From Cetorhinus maximus (lineage: Eukaryota): 64,000 nucleotides of DNA. Shown here in pieces: positions 13,225 to 25,516 of the stretch (positions are counted from its first letter, which is position 1; each line of letters begins with the position of its first letter). Made by a program: the position numbers and the translations under genes. The stretch covers positions 21,266,001 to 21,330,000 of the forward strand of contig NC_135901.1 in assembly GCF_964194155.1 (NCBI RefSeq), read 5' to 3'. A model generated the notes under the pieces. That model did no database searches. It saw nothing but the letters and a program-made list of their open reading frames with translations, and was not told the DNA's origin.

Positions 13225-14310
13225 GGTGTGGTGAAAGTGACTGCCCTCGATATCAAGGCAGCAACTGATTTGACTGCGACATCAAGGAACCCTGGCAAAA
13301 TTGGAGTCAATGTGAATCAGGGGGAAAACTCTCCACTGTTTGGAGTCATACCTAGCACAAAGGAAGATGGTTGTGGTTGTTGGAGGTCGATTATCTCAGT
13401 TCCAGGACATCACTCCAGGAGTTCCTCAAGGTGGTGTCCTAGGCCCAACCATCTTCAGCTGCTTCATCAATGACCTTCCTTCCAACATAAGGTGAGAAGT
13501 GGGGATGTTTGCTGATGATTTCACAATGTTCAGCACCATTCATGACTACTCAGATACTGAAGCAGTCCCTGTCCAAATGCTGCAGACCTGGACAATATCC
13601 AGGCTTGGTCTGGAAAATGGCAAGTAACACTCACGCCATGCAAGTGCCAGGCAATGACCCTCTCCAACAAGATAGAATCTCTCCATTAGCCCTTGACATT
13701 CAATGGCATTACCATTGCGGACACCCCCACCATTTAAATCCTGGGGGTTACTATTGACCAGAAACTGAACTGGATTAGCCATATAAATACTGTGGCTACA
13801 AGAGCAGGTCAGAGGTTAGAAATCCTGCGAGGAGTAACTCACTTCCTGATTCCCCAAAGCCTGCCACCATCTACAAGGCACAAGTCAGGAGTGTGATGGA
13901 ATACTCCCTATTTCCCTGGATGAGTGTAGCTCCAACAACACTCAAGAAGCCTGACGCCATCCAGGACAAAGCAGCCTGCTTGATGACACCCCATCTACAA
14001 ACACTCACTCCCTCCAATACTGATGCACAGTGACAGCAGTGTGTTCTATCTACAAGATTCACTGCAGGAACTCACCAAGACTCTTAGCATCTTCCAAACC
14101 CACGACCGTTACCATCTAAAAAGACAAGGACAGCAAATGCTTGGAAATACACCACCTGGAAGTTCCCCTTCAAGCCCCTCAGCATCCTGACTTGAAAATG
14201 TATCACTGTTCCTTTACTGTTGCTGGGTCAAAATCCTGGAACTCCCTCCCCAACAGCACTGTGGGTGTACCTACATCGCATGGACAGTAGCAGTTTAAGA
14301 AGGCAGTTCA
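13225..14310 (+). mobile_element. HER1-type (CR1-superfamily) LINE, 5'-truncated
   Basis: 'VKVTALDIKAA' and F-A-D-D RT region; colinear with 21610-22700. Confidence 0.85.
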
Positions 14311-14362
14311 TTCTCTCTCTCTTTCTCTCTCTCTCTCTTTCTCGCTCTTTCTCTCTCTCCCT
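14311..14362. repeat. (CT)n microsatellite
   Basis: Direct inspection. Confidence 0.9.
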
Positions 14363-14557
14363 CTTGGTCATGGTCACTTTTCTGGTGCCTTTGTGTTTTT
14401 GTGGGTTCTCTCTCACTGCCTTTTTTCTGTTTTAAATCAATTTGACAGGTTTTTAGAAGGAGAGGATTTGCAGCCGTGAAACTGAAACCAAACATCACAT
14501 CAAAATCTGACAGAGTCACCCAATTTATCGTAACCTGAATATCATTAGATTTTGAAC

Positions 14558-15343
14558 ATGGAAGGAAAAAGCACCATTCACAATGAGGAGAAACCGTATA
14601 CATGTTCTGTGTGTGGACGAGGCTTCAGCCGAACATCTGGCCTCTCGAAACACAAATGCAATCAGAACGGGGAGAAGCCATGGAAATGTGGGGATTGTGG
14701 GAAAGGATTTACCCATTCATCTATCTTGCTGAATCACCAGCGAGTTCACACTGGGGAGAGACCATTCATCTGCTTTGACTGTGGGAAGAGATTCACTCAG
14801 TCATCCCACCTCCTGAGACACCAGCGAGTTCACACTGAAGAAAGACCGTTCACCTGCTCTGAGTGTGGGGCAGGATTTACTCGGTCATTCAGCTTGCTGA
14901 TACACCAGCGAGTTCACACTGGAGAAAGACCATTCACCTGCTCCATATGTGGGAAGGGATTCACTCAGTCCGGCAACCTGCATTTACATAAACTCACTCA
15001 CACTGGGGAGAGACCATTCACCTGCTCAGAATGTGGAGATGGTTTCACTCGGTCACCCGATTTGCTGATACACCAACGAGTTCACACTGATGAGAGACCT
15101 TTTCAATGCCCAGACTGTGGGAAGTGCTTTAAAGGTTCTGGGGCACTGATATCCCATCAACGTGTTCACACCGATGAAAGACCGTTCAGGTGCTCTCACT
15201 GTGGGTCTGGGTTCAAGACATCATCTAATTTCACTGTACACCAGCTAATTCACACTGGAGAGAGACTGTTCACCTGCTCTGACTGTGGGAAGAGATTCAC
15301 TCGGTCATCCAACCTACTTAAACACCAGCGAGTTCATGAGTAA
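14558..15343 (+). CDS. C2H2 zinc-finger protein (unit D), 9 finger repeats, no effector domain
   Basis: ATG at 14558 (MEGKSTIH...), open to TAA; acceptor AG at 14447-14448; in-frame stops upstream of the ATG. Confidence 0.9.
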   Translation: MEGKSTIHNEEKPYTCSVCGRGFSRTSGLSKHKCNQNGEKPWKCGDCGKGFTHSSILLNHQRVHTGERPFICFDCGKRFTQSSHLLRHQRVHTEERPFTCSECGAGFTRSFSLLIHQRVHTGERPFTCSICGKGFTQSGNLHLHKLTHTGERPFTCSECGDGFTRSPDLLIHQRVHTDERPFQCPDCGKCFKGSGALISHQRVHTDERPFRCSHCGSGFKTSSNFTVHQLIHTGERLFTCSDCGKRFTRSSNLLKHQRVHE

Positions 15344-15409
15344 CTCCCATGATTTGATTTTGCTGTTAACCACACCCAGGACTGAACCATTTTTAATTGG
15401 GATCTGTTT

Positions 15410-16695
15410 TTTTCTTCTTCATCTTCGTCCCATTTTACTTGGGGTCACCACAATGCTGCTTGATCACCTTCTCCATCTCCTCCTGTCACTCACACATTCT
15501 TCTTCCAATCCCACTGCATTTCTGTCTCTGGCCACCACATCTTTCCATCTGGCCCTTAGACCTTCCTCTTCTCCTTCTTCCTGACAGTCCCATGTCCATC
15601 ACTCACCTCACCACATTTCCTCTTTCTCTCCACAATGGATGACCAGACCAGTTCAATCTCTTCTCAGCTACTTTCTTTGATGTTTCCACAATCTTCACTG
15701 ACCCCCGATATACTGGTTCCTGATCTTGTCCTTTCTTGTCACTCCACACATCCATCTCAGCATCTGTATCTCATTGTATCCAGTCATTGTTCCTCTCTTC
15801 TTGATATTGCCCAAGTTTCTACTCTGTATAACAAGGCCGGTCTCACAACTGTCCTGTAGATTCTTCCTTTTCAGTTTCAGTGACACTTTTCGATCACATC
15901 ACATTTCACTGCACTTCTTCCAATTACTCCAACCAAAGCTAATCTAATTCTTAATTTCCATACTTCCATCTTCTGCCATCGCTGGCCCCAGGCACTTGAA
16001 GCTACTCACATTCTCGAAGTATTCACCCCTAGTCTCTTCATCTTCACTCTGATTCTCTTTCCTAGGCTCAAACCGACAGTCCATGAATTGGGTCTTTGGT
16101 TCACTAGTGAAGGAAGGATTTTCTTCTTTTTAGGGAATGAAATCAGCCGTCCTCATCCAGTCTGGCCTACGTGACTCCAGAACGACAGCAATGTAGGCGA
16201 CTCTTAACTGCCCCCAGCAATGGCCTAACAAGTCAGTCAGTTCAAGGGCAGTTAGGCATGGGCAACAAATGCTGGTCTTATCAGTGACTCTGCATTTCAT
16301 GAAAGAATTAAAAAAAACTAATCTTCATACCTGTGCTTTTCTTCAGTTCCCCAGATACTCAGTCATGTTCTCATCATAGCTCAGTGTCATCTGCAAATTT
16401 CACTCCGTCTCACAGTTACAACATGCGAATCAGGAAGAGGAAGGGATTCAGTGTCAATCCTTGGCGCAATCCAACTTTGATTTTGAAAAACTCACTCTCC
16501 CACAAGAGTCTGGAACTCCTTGGTCATGTCCTGTAATAGGCATACATACTTCTCAGAGACTCCATGAATTTGAACACATCTCCAGACTTCCTCCCTGGGC
16601 ACCTGATCATAAGCCTTCTCCAGATCTATGAATACAAGCTTCGTGTTGCATTGACCCCCCCAATATTTCCCCCTCACTTGTCTCAAAATGAAAAT
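15410..16695 (-). mobile_element. RTE-clade LINE inserted in the unit D 3' UTR, itself interrupted by an HE1 SINE (~16120-16318)
   Basis: 'LVFIDLEKAYDQVPREEVW' and 'EIQMLRWMCGVTRKDKIRN' are RTE-type motifs; GAA-rich tail; 'attgggatct' flanks both ends. Confidence 0.75.
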
Positions 16696-16829
16696 AGCAT
16701 TGGGATCTTTTCTGCAAATGTTAATAAAATCTAGTCCAGTAAAAGTAAAATAAATCAGCTTTATGTTAAACACACAGTGTGACGAGTCACTTTAATATCT
16801 TTAACACAAGTTAGTTCCTTTTGAAGGGC

Positions 16830-17420
16830 TCTCCCTCTCCCCTGTCTCCTCCATCCTCACCTCAAACAGAAAGTGTGAGGAGCTCACAGATTTCCTTGTC
16901 TCTCAGCTTGAGACAATCTAACCAGCTGCCTTTGCTGCTTCCCTCCTTTCCACTTGACCATCGGGCCCAACTTCCTCTAAAGATCTGCCCGGCTCTGGCC
17001 CTGAACTCATCTTTCTTTAGTTTCTCTCCGATCTCCCCTTATCCTTTCAAGAACTCATCTTGTCCATGAGACCCACCTTCTGCTCTATTGACCTTATTCC
17101 CACTAAACTGCTGTCCACAGAAGAGTTTTGAATGAGCATACCTTTATGGAGGGTGGAAGATGGGACACCAGTCATGAGAGCATTGGAATAGTCGAATCTA
17201 GAGGCAACAAAGGCATGGATGAGGATTTCAGCAGGAAATGAGCTTTGGCAGGATGGGGACAACCGATATTACAGAGGTGGAAGGAGGTGATCTTAAAGAT
17301 GGAGAGCACACTTTGTCAGTAGCTGAGCCCTCAGCTCAGGCTCAAATAGGAAACTAAGGTTGCAATTAGTCTGCTTCAACCTCACACTGTGGTAAGGGAG
17401 GGGGCTGGAGTTGGTGATGA
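16830..17420. mobile_element. L2-type LINE fragments (plus then minus)
   Basis: 'AEILIHAFVASRFDYSNAL' is an L2 ORF2 C-terminal motif; same starting segment as 33200, 35930 and 63185. Confidence 0.7.
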
Positions 17421-18184
17421 GGTAACAGAGTTTATGGTGGGGGTGGGCTTTTGTGGGCCCAAGTATTAAATCACGGCCTGTACAGACTCGAGCATTAATT
17501 AATCGCATTAATTATCCCTTGGAATAACATTACAGAAACAGGTCCAGTCTCGATGTGGTGATAAATTTTTTGTTCACTGATTGGACTTTAACTGACACTG
17601 TTACAATCCATAGTTTTCCATGTGCCAGAATGTGCCTCATCAATGACTACAGGAGCCCAGTGTGATTACTCAGGTTGTACTCTGAGCATGTGCAGTACAA
17701 GTGGTGGATGTGCAACATGGTGATCAGGAGCAAGTAGATCACATTGAATTACAGAGAATATGGAGTCCAGAAACAGTGCATTCTGTTCAACTGATCTGCT
17801 GGTGTTTATATTTCAAACAAGACATATTCCATTCCATCTACCCCATCTTAGCTTTTCAGGTAATTTTTTTTTACAGAGGTACCAGCAGTGAAACAAAAGC
17901 AAAACACTGTGGATACTGGAGATCGGAAATTTAAAAAAAAGTGATGGAAACTCAGCAGGTTCTTTCCACCAGTTTGTACCAGCACTGATCTTTGTGAATT
18001 TCAACCTTCAACATTTTTCCAATCTGAAATTTCAGGTGGAGGTGGGGGAGAATTGCACAGATTGCATCAGGGAGGAAGGTCCAGACATTTGGGTATCTCC
18101 ACATTTTAAATACATATTTTGTGTGTTGCGCCCCGGGTCCCGAACTCGATTGGGAAGCCGATCCATTGAATTTTGAGTTGCCAA

Positions 18185-18690
18185 TTCAATGGCGGATTAT
18201 TTACCCAGAATGTCCCGCGCCGGAGAAAGTCCCCTATCAATGACTATAGGAGTCCAGTGCGCAGGTGCAGTGTGGGTGTGCGCTCTGAGCATGCTCAGTG
18301 TCAGTCATGGGGACAGAGTGAGGAGGAGCAGACGGTTCGGGAGGCGGGAGGAGATTGTGAGCACAGGGTAGGAATGGAAACCGCAGCTGGATTGGGAACT
18401 GGATCAACTTCTGGAGTAGGCCACAGGCCCCGAATACAGAGGCCGTAGGGCCGTGTTTACCCCGCTGTAACAGGCCCGGGGGCAGCGGGCTCACTGGCCA
18501 CCATCTTGCAAGTGGGAGTCAGGGCGGATCAGGGAGACGGGACTTCTTCCCCGGTGACAGGCCCGGGGTAGCCAGGCCACCATCTTGGGAGGCGAAGGCG
18601 GGGCTTGTTTCGGGAGCGAGGCGCATGGGCAGCCATCTTAGTGAGGGAAGAGGCAGTGGGCGGGGCTTCAGGGACCCATCAGTCTGTGCG
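18185..18690 (+). promoter_or_regulatory. CpG-island promoter/first exon of unit E
   Basis: CAATGGCGG + TTACCCAGAATG + 'gactataggagtccagtgcgcagg' + GAGCATGCTC + three CCATCTT (YY1-like) motifs. Confidence 0.75.
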
Positions 18691-19455
18691 GCATTGTAAG
18701 ATGGAATTCACGTCCCCATTGCACATATTCAAGGCTGAGTTAGCTGCACTGATTTTTGATCCACAAGGCAGTCATGGATTATGGCTGCAGGGAGAAAAGT
18801 GGAGTGAAAACCAGAATCAGATCAGCCATGATCTTATTGAGCAGGCCTCTGCTGCTCCTATTTCTTACATCTTATGAAGGCGGGGCTGCTTCAGCGAGCT
18901 GAGTGTATTTATGGCCATCTTGTAGGGGAACAGAGATTTGGTGGTATTTCAGCATCGCAGAGATCAGGAGGGGGAGTGTTTGGGACAGGTGTGTTGGGGA
19001 AACAAGAGAGGAAAAATGCTGCGTAGAAACTAGAATTGCCTGCTCTGAATTTCTGTTCTTTACTGACAGTGGTACTTTTGTAAACTCCTTTTACAGGGTA
19101 TTAGAAAGGGAGGATTTGCAAATAAAAGCTTAAACCAAACATCGCATCAAGACCTGACAATCACTTTTTCATCAGGGCCTGAATATTTTCCACCTTTGAA
19201 TATAGAAGGAGAAATGTTTGTCTGTTCTTTCTGTGGGAAAAGATTTCAAGCATTAGTGTGACTGGAAAATCACCGAGACAAACACACCCGAGTGACCGTG
19301 TTCCAGTGAAGTGACTGTGGAAAGAGTCTTAACCAGTTAAACAACGTGTAAAACATTACCCCATTCACAGTGGAGAGAAACCACACACGTATTCTGTAAG
19401 TGTATGAGGCTTCAACTGATCATCCAATCTGGAGAGACACAAAGACACCCACACC

Positions 19456-20121
19456 ATGGAGAAATGTGGGGACTGTGGGAAGGGTTTCAGTTACCCTTCT
19501 GAGCTGGAAATTCATCGCTGCACTCATACTGGGGAGAGACCGTTTACCTGCTCCACTTGTGGGAAGGGATTCACTCAGTCACCCAGCCTGTTGACACACC
19601 AGTATGTTCACACGGATCAGAGACCTTTTGAATGTTCTGACTGTGGGAAGAAATTTAAAAACAAAAAGTATCTGCTGAGACAACAACACATTCACAGTGG
19701 GGAGAAGTCATTCACCTGCTCAATGTGTGGGAAGGGATTCACTGCTGCCTCTAACCTGCAGAAACACCAGAGAGTTCACACTGATGAAAAACCTTTTAAA
19801 TGCCCAGACTGTGGGAAATGCTTTAAAAGTTCTGGGGAACTGACATGCCATCAACGTATTCACACAGACGAGAGACCGTTCAGATGCTCTCACTGTGGGA
19901 CTGGGTTCAGGCGATCATCTGAACTCACTGTACACCAGCGAATTCACACTGGGCAGAGGCCGTTCACCTGCTCTGCATGTGGGAAGGGATTCACTCAGTC
20001 ATACAACCTGCTGAAACACCAGCGTATTCACTCTGATATGAAACCCTTTAAATGTTCTGACCCTGAGGAGAGCTTTAAAAGCAGCAATAATCTGCTGAGA
20101 CGCCAGCGAGTTCATGAGTGA
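19456..20121 (+). CDS. C2H2 zinc-finger protein (unit E), 8 finger repeats (2 degenerate)
   Basis: 221-aa ORF; acceptor at 19095-19096; decayed fingers with stops at 19200-19455; conserved 3' UTR start. Confidence 0.85.
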   Translation: MEKCGDCGKGFSYPSELEIHRCTHTGERPFTCSTCGKGFTQSPSLLTHQYVHTDQRPFECSDCGKKFKNKKYLLRQQHIHSGEKSFTCSMCGKGFTAASNLQKHQRVHTDEKPFKCPDCGKCFKSSGELTCHQRIHTDERPFRCSHCGTGFRRSSELTVHQRIHTGQRPFTCSACGKGFTQSYNLLKHQRIHSDMKPFKCSDPEESFKSSNNLLRRQRVHE

Positions 20122-20477
20122 CTGCAGGATTTGGATTCTACTGTTTTTGTTGCTGTTAATCACATCCTGGACTGAACATGTGGGTTAATCCTGAGGTGTG
20201 TAAGAAATGTATCCCAGCCGCTCTCTTCCATGGTTCAGAGATCCTAGACACAGGAAAGAAAGCTCCTTTACAACTGTGTTGAGAGCCAGTAAGATTAACG
20301 ATGAATGCTGGAAACTAAGATTTTAGTCTGGGACTTACAGATTACCCAAAAGGGGAGTTGAAGTCATTGAAGGTGATTTTTCAGCATTTTATTAAGAGGC
20401 AACAGTTTAGATATGATACATCAGTTAAATATTCAGATAAGACACACAACCCATAACAGCTGAGAATGGTTTACTGA

Positions 20478-22778
20478 TCCTTGACATACTTGACCTCATC
20501 AACCTGCCTGCCACAGATGCAGCTGTCCATGACAGTATCGATCGGAGTGACCATCGCACAGTTGTTGTGGAGACAAAGTCTCACCTTCACATTGAGGATA
20601 CCCTCTATCATGTTGTGTAGCACTATCGCCGTGCTAAATGGGATAGATTTCGAACAGACTAGCAACTCAAGACTGGGCATCCATGAGGTGCCGTTGGCCA
20701 TCAACAGAATGGTACTTGAGCACACTCTGTAACCTCATGACCTGGCATACCCTCCACTCTACCATTACCATCAAGCCAGGGGATCAAGCCTGGTTCAATG
20801 AATAGTGCAGGAGAGCATGCCAGGAGCAGCACCAGGCTAAAATGAGATGTCAACCTGGTGAACCTATAACACAAGACTATTTGCATGCCAAACAGCATAA
20901 GCAGCAAGTGATAGACAGAGCTAAGCGTAACCACAACCAACAGATCAGATCTAATCTCTGAAGTCCTGCCATATCCAGCCATGAATGGTGGTGGACAATT
21001 AAACAACTCACTGGAGGAGGAGGCTCCACAAATATCCCCATCCTCAATGATGGAGGAGCCCAACACATCAGTGCAAAAAATAAAGCTGAAGCATTTGCTG
21101 CAATCTTCAGCCAGAAGTACTGAGTGGATGATCCATTTCGGCCTCCTCCGGAGGTCCCCAGCACCACAGATGCCCGTCTCCAGCCAATTCGATTCACTCC
21201 ATGTGACATCAAGAAATGGCTCAAGGCACTGGATACTGCAAAGGCTTTGGGCCCTGTCAATATTCCGGCAATAATACTGAAGACTTGTGCTGCAGAACTT
21301 GCTGCACCCCTAGCCAATCCAGTACAGCTACAACATTAGCATCTACCCCGGCTATGTGGAAAATTGCCCAGGTATGTCCTGTACACAAAAAGCAGGGCAA
21401 ATCCAACCTGGCCAATTACCGCCCCATCAGTCTGCTCTCTATCATCAGTAAAGAAATGGAAGGGGTCATCAACAGTGCTATCAAGCGGTGCTTGCTTAAC
21501 AATAACCTGCTCGTTGATGCCCAGTTTGGGTTCCACCAGGGCCATTCAGCTCCTGACCTCATTACAGCCTTGGTTCAAACATGGACAAAAGAGCTGAACT
21601 CCAGAGGTGAGGTGAAAGGCCCTTGACATCAAGGCCGCATTGACAGAGTGTGGCATCAAGGAGCCCTAGCAAACCTGGAGTCAATGGGAATCAGGGGGAA
21701 AACTCTCCACTGGTCGGAGTCATACCTAGCACAAAGGAAGAAGGTTGTGGTTGTTGGAGGTAAGTCATCTCAGCTCCAGGACATCACTGCAGGAGTTCTT
21801 CAGGATAGTGTCCTAGGTCCAACCACCTTCAGCTGCTTAATCAATGACCTTCCTTCCATCATAACATCAGAAGTGGGGATGCTTGCTGATGATTGCACGA
21901 TATTCAGCACCATTCACGACTCCTCAGATACTGAAGAAGTCCATGTCCAAATGCAGCAAGACCTGGACAATATCCAGTCTTGGGCTGACAAGTGGCAAGT
22001 AACATTCGTGCCACCTAAGTGTCAGGCCATGACCATCTCCAACAAGAGAGAATCCAACCATTGCTCCTTGATGTTCAATGGCATTACCAACGCTGAATCC
22101 CCCACTATCAACATCGTGGGGGGTTATCATTGATTAGAAACTGACTGGACTAGCCATATAAATACTGTGGCTACAAGAGCAGGTCAGAGGCTAGGAATCA
22201 TGCAATGAGTAACCACCTCCTGACTCCTCAAAGTCTGTCCACAATCTACAAGGCACAAGTCAGGAGTGTGATGGAATACTCCCCACTTGCCTGGATGAGT
22301 GCAGCTCTCCAACACCCAAGAAGCTTGACACCATCCAGGACAAAGCAGCCCACTTGATTAGCACCACATTCATAAATATTCACTCACTCCACCACCGACA
22401 CACAGTGGCAGTAGTGTGTACCATCTACAAGATGCATTGCAGGAATTCACCAAGGTTCTTTCAACATCACCTCCCAACCCACGAAAACTACCATCTAGAA
22501 AACAAGGACAGCAGATAGATGGGAACACTGCTGCCTGGAAGTTCCCCTCCAAGCCACTCACCATCCTGACTTGGAAATATATCGTGGCTGTTCCTTCACT
22601 GTCGATGGGTCAAAATCCTGGAACTCTCTCCCGAACAGCACTGTGGGTGTAGCTACACCACATGGACTGCAGCGGTTCAAGAAGGCAGCTCACCACCACC
22701 TTCTGCAGGGCAACTAGGGATGGGCAATAAATGCTGGCCCAGCCAGTGAAGCCCACATCCGAGGAATGAATTTAAAAA
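20478..22778 (+). mobile_element. HER1-type LINE, ~2.3 kb, endonuclease C-terminus to 3' tail
   Basis: 'NYRPISLLSIISKEMEG', 'AQFGFHQGHS', 'GVLQDSVLGP', 'LADDC' RT motifs; HE1-shared tail ending 'gaatgaatttaaaaa'. Confidence 0.9.
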
Positions 22779-23124
22779 TAGATTATTAGATGGTGATATT
22801 TCAGAAAACATGCTGTCCATTCAGAGATGTGTGTAAAACTGTGATCTGTTCCTGACTGAAAGTGAAGTTTCCAGCCTGAAAGTTTCCAAGTGTTTATGTG
22901 ACATTCTGGAGTCTCCCAATGCAAGGCAGTGACAACAATGCCTTGGATTTACCCTTGAACAGATTAAAATGTCCCAAGTCCCTTCACAGAGGATCAAAAG
23001 CTGGGTCAAAAAGGTAAGGAGATAGGTTTAGTGAGGGAATTCCAGCCCTTAGGACCTCAGCAGGCGAAAGCACCTTTCCCAATGGTGGAGTGATGTGGGT
23101 CAGGGAAGTTGAAAGGGTTAGAAT

Positions 23125-23510
23125 TTTAGTTTCATTCTTTCATGGGATGTGGGGGGTCACTGGAAAGGCCAGTACTTGTTACCCATCTCGAATTGCCCTT
23201 GAAGTGAGTGGCTTGCTGGGCATTAGTGTCAACCACATTGGCGTGGCTCTGGAGCCACATGTAGGCCAGACTGGGTAAGAATGGCAGATTTCCTTCCCTA
23301 TCCTTTCCTATTTCCTTTCCAGATGCGTTTTTACAACAATTAGAATAGGGTCATGGCCACCATTATTGAGACTAGCTTTACATTCCAGATCTATTAATTG
23401 AATTTAAAATTCGCCAGCTATCAGGATTTGAACCCATGTCCCCAGAGCATTAGCCTGGGGATCTGGATTACTGGTTCAGTAAAATTTAAACTACACCACC
23501 TTGCCCCTTA
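23125..23510 (-). mobile_element. HE1-type tRNA-derived SINE
   Basis: Minus strand has B-box 'gggttcaaatcc', central domain and HER1-shared tail; matches 42415-42740. Confidence 0.75.
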
Positions 23511-24519
23511 CTTGGAGGAGTGCAGGGAGCTCGGAAGGTCATAGGGCTGGAGGAGGTTCCAGAGACTGTCTGTTACGGAGAGAGTGGCTGCCTCCATGGA
23601 ACTTCAAGCACGGCTCTGAAATGGGTCCATGTAGGTCATGACCACAGCCGTGCAGGAGATGTCTGCTGCCTTAAACAGCCACAGACACTGTATCTGTGAC
23701 CTTACAACACATCACTGACCTCCACCAAGCTGGTCTGCAGCAGAGTGGGAGGAATGATGTTTCGCTGGTCCAGGAGAGGGATGATGGAGAAAGGAGACAT
23801 GGAAGTGGGAACATGGATCAAAGCGCTCCCACTTCTCACTCATTGCCCCACCCAACCCCCATCTCCCTTGACATACCGTCCCGTCTCCCGCCAGGTGAGT
23901 TTTCTCCTGTACAAACATAGGTGGACCAGTCTTTGCCAGGACCCTCAGGGGTGCTCAAACCCAGAGGGTGGAGACCACAAGCCTCTCGGCAGTGAGAGCA
24001 GGGATGTGAGCAGCCTGTCTCTCCCTCTGCTGAAACCACACAGGATGCACTATGTAGAAGCAATAGTTAGGGTCTGGGCCAGAAATTGTAATTCACCAAG
24101 GGTGTGCACAGGGGCGTTTGATAAAATATTAATTTCCTTTTTAAATAATGACACAGAAAATGTATTGATTGGAACCACTTCCAGCTCTTGTCCATTCTGA
24201 CATCCCGAGGGCCAGCTCACCCTCTCACTGGGTTCATGCTGGATGTCAATCCGGGCTGGGAGCCATTGGGTGGATGTGCACTGGGTGGATGAGTGGGTGA
24301 AGGAATGTTCAGTGAACAGGGAGGGGGGGTTGGTGCTGCTGGTGGGAACTCCATTCTGATGGAGATCCACCTGAAACAGCGACCATTCATTTATCATTTT
24401 GAAATGATTGAGCTGCTGTGTATTGTTCTTTTTGTTCGTTTAGTTTTCCAGGATTCATATATATATATTATTTTTATTAAAACATTTTTGTTGTAACACT
24501 GAAATCCAGAGGGGTTGAA

Positions 24520-24780
24520 GTTCTTTAAAGTCAATCTCCATGAGTACAATGACTACCATGAAACCATTGTCGATTGTCATAAAAACCGATCTGGTTCCCT
24601 AATGCCCTTCAGGGATGGAAATCTGCCATCCTTACCAGATCTGGCCAACATGTGACTCCAGATCCACAGCAATGTGGTTGACTCTTAAATGCCCTCTGAA
24701 CAAGGGCAATTAGGGATGCACAATAAATGCTGACCTAGCCAGTGACACCCACATCCCATGAACGAATAATAATAAAAAAG
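24520..24780 (+). mobile_element. HE1-type SINE, 3' part
   Basis: 'ccatgaaaccattgtcgattgtcataaaaacc..ctggttc..atgtgactccagatccacagcaatgtgg..cccacatcccatgaacgaataa'. Confidence 0.8.
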
Positions 24781-25250
24781 GATGCAAGTCCCTCCAGTAC
24801 TTCCTCTCTCACTATGCTTATTGTGTTTAATATTTCACACTCTTCCTCTTTCATGAGAATGTCTGCATCATCCTGCTCCTCAGTGAAGACAGAGACAAAG
24901 TACTCATTGAGAACCCTGCCCCCAACTTCTGCACCAACCTACAAGTTACCATGTACACCTCTGATAGGCCCTACCTTTTCCTTAGTTATTCACTTGCTCT
25001 TAATGTACTGGTAAAAGATCTTAGCATTTTCTTTGATTTTACCTAGCAATGTTTTTTGTATCCTCTCTTTGCTTTCCTAATTCCCATTTTTACTTCACCC
25101 TGTACTTTCTGCACTCCTCTAGGTTTCTACAGTGTTAAGTCTTTTGTGACTGTCATCGGCTTCCCTTTTCTGCTTTATCTTGGCCGAAATGTTTCTGGTT
25201 AACCAGGGGGCTCTAGATTTGCCAGTACCACCTTTTTCCTTTGTGGGTTG
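24781..25250 (-). mobile_element. CR1 LINE internal fragment
   Basis: Minus strand reads 'aatgagtactttgtctctgtcttcac' (NEYFxSVFT), typical of CR1 ORF2. Confidence 0.65.
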
Positions 25251-25516
25251 GGAAAAAAGAAATTGATTGCTTATCCCACGTACTGAGTCTCCAGTGAGTA
25301 TTCATCGAACTGTTGAGATGTTAATTTCTATTAATAACACACACAGGATAGAACTATGGTGGACGGCCCATACACTTTGGTTGCTGTATAAATTGATGTG
25401 ATAATTTTATATCTTGACCCTATGACTGGTCACGAAACATAATTTTCGATTCAACAATATCATCTTTCAATGGCCTGGGGTTACCCAGCATTCACAGCGG
25501 GGCAGAATATGCCCTA

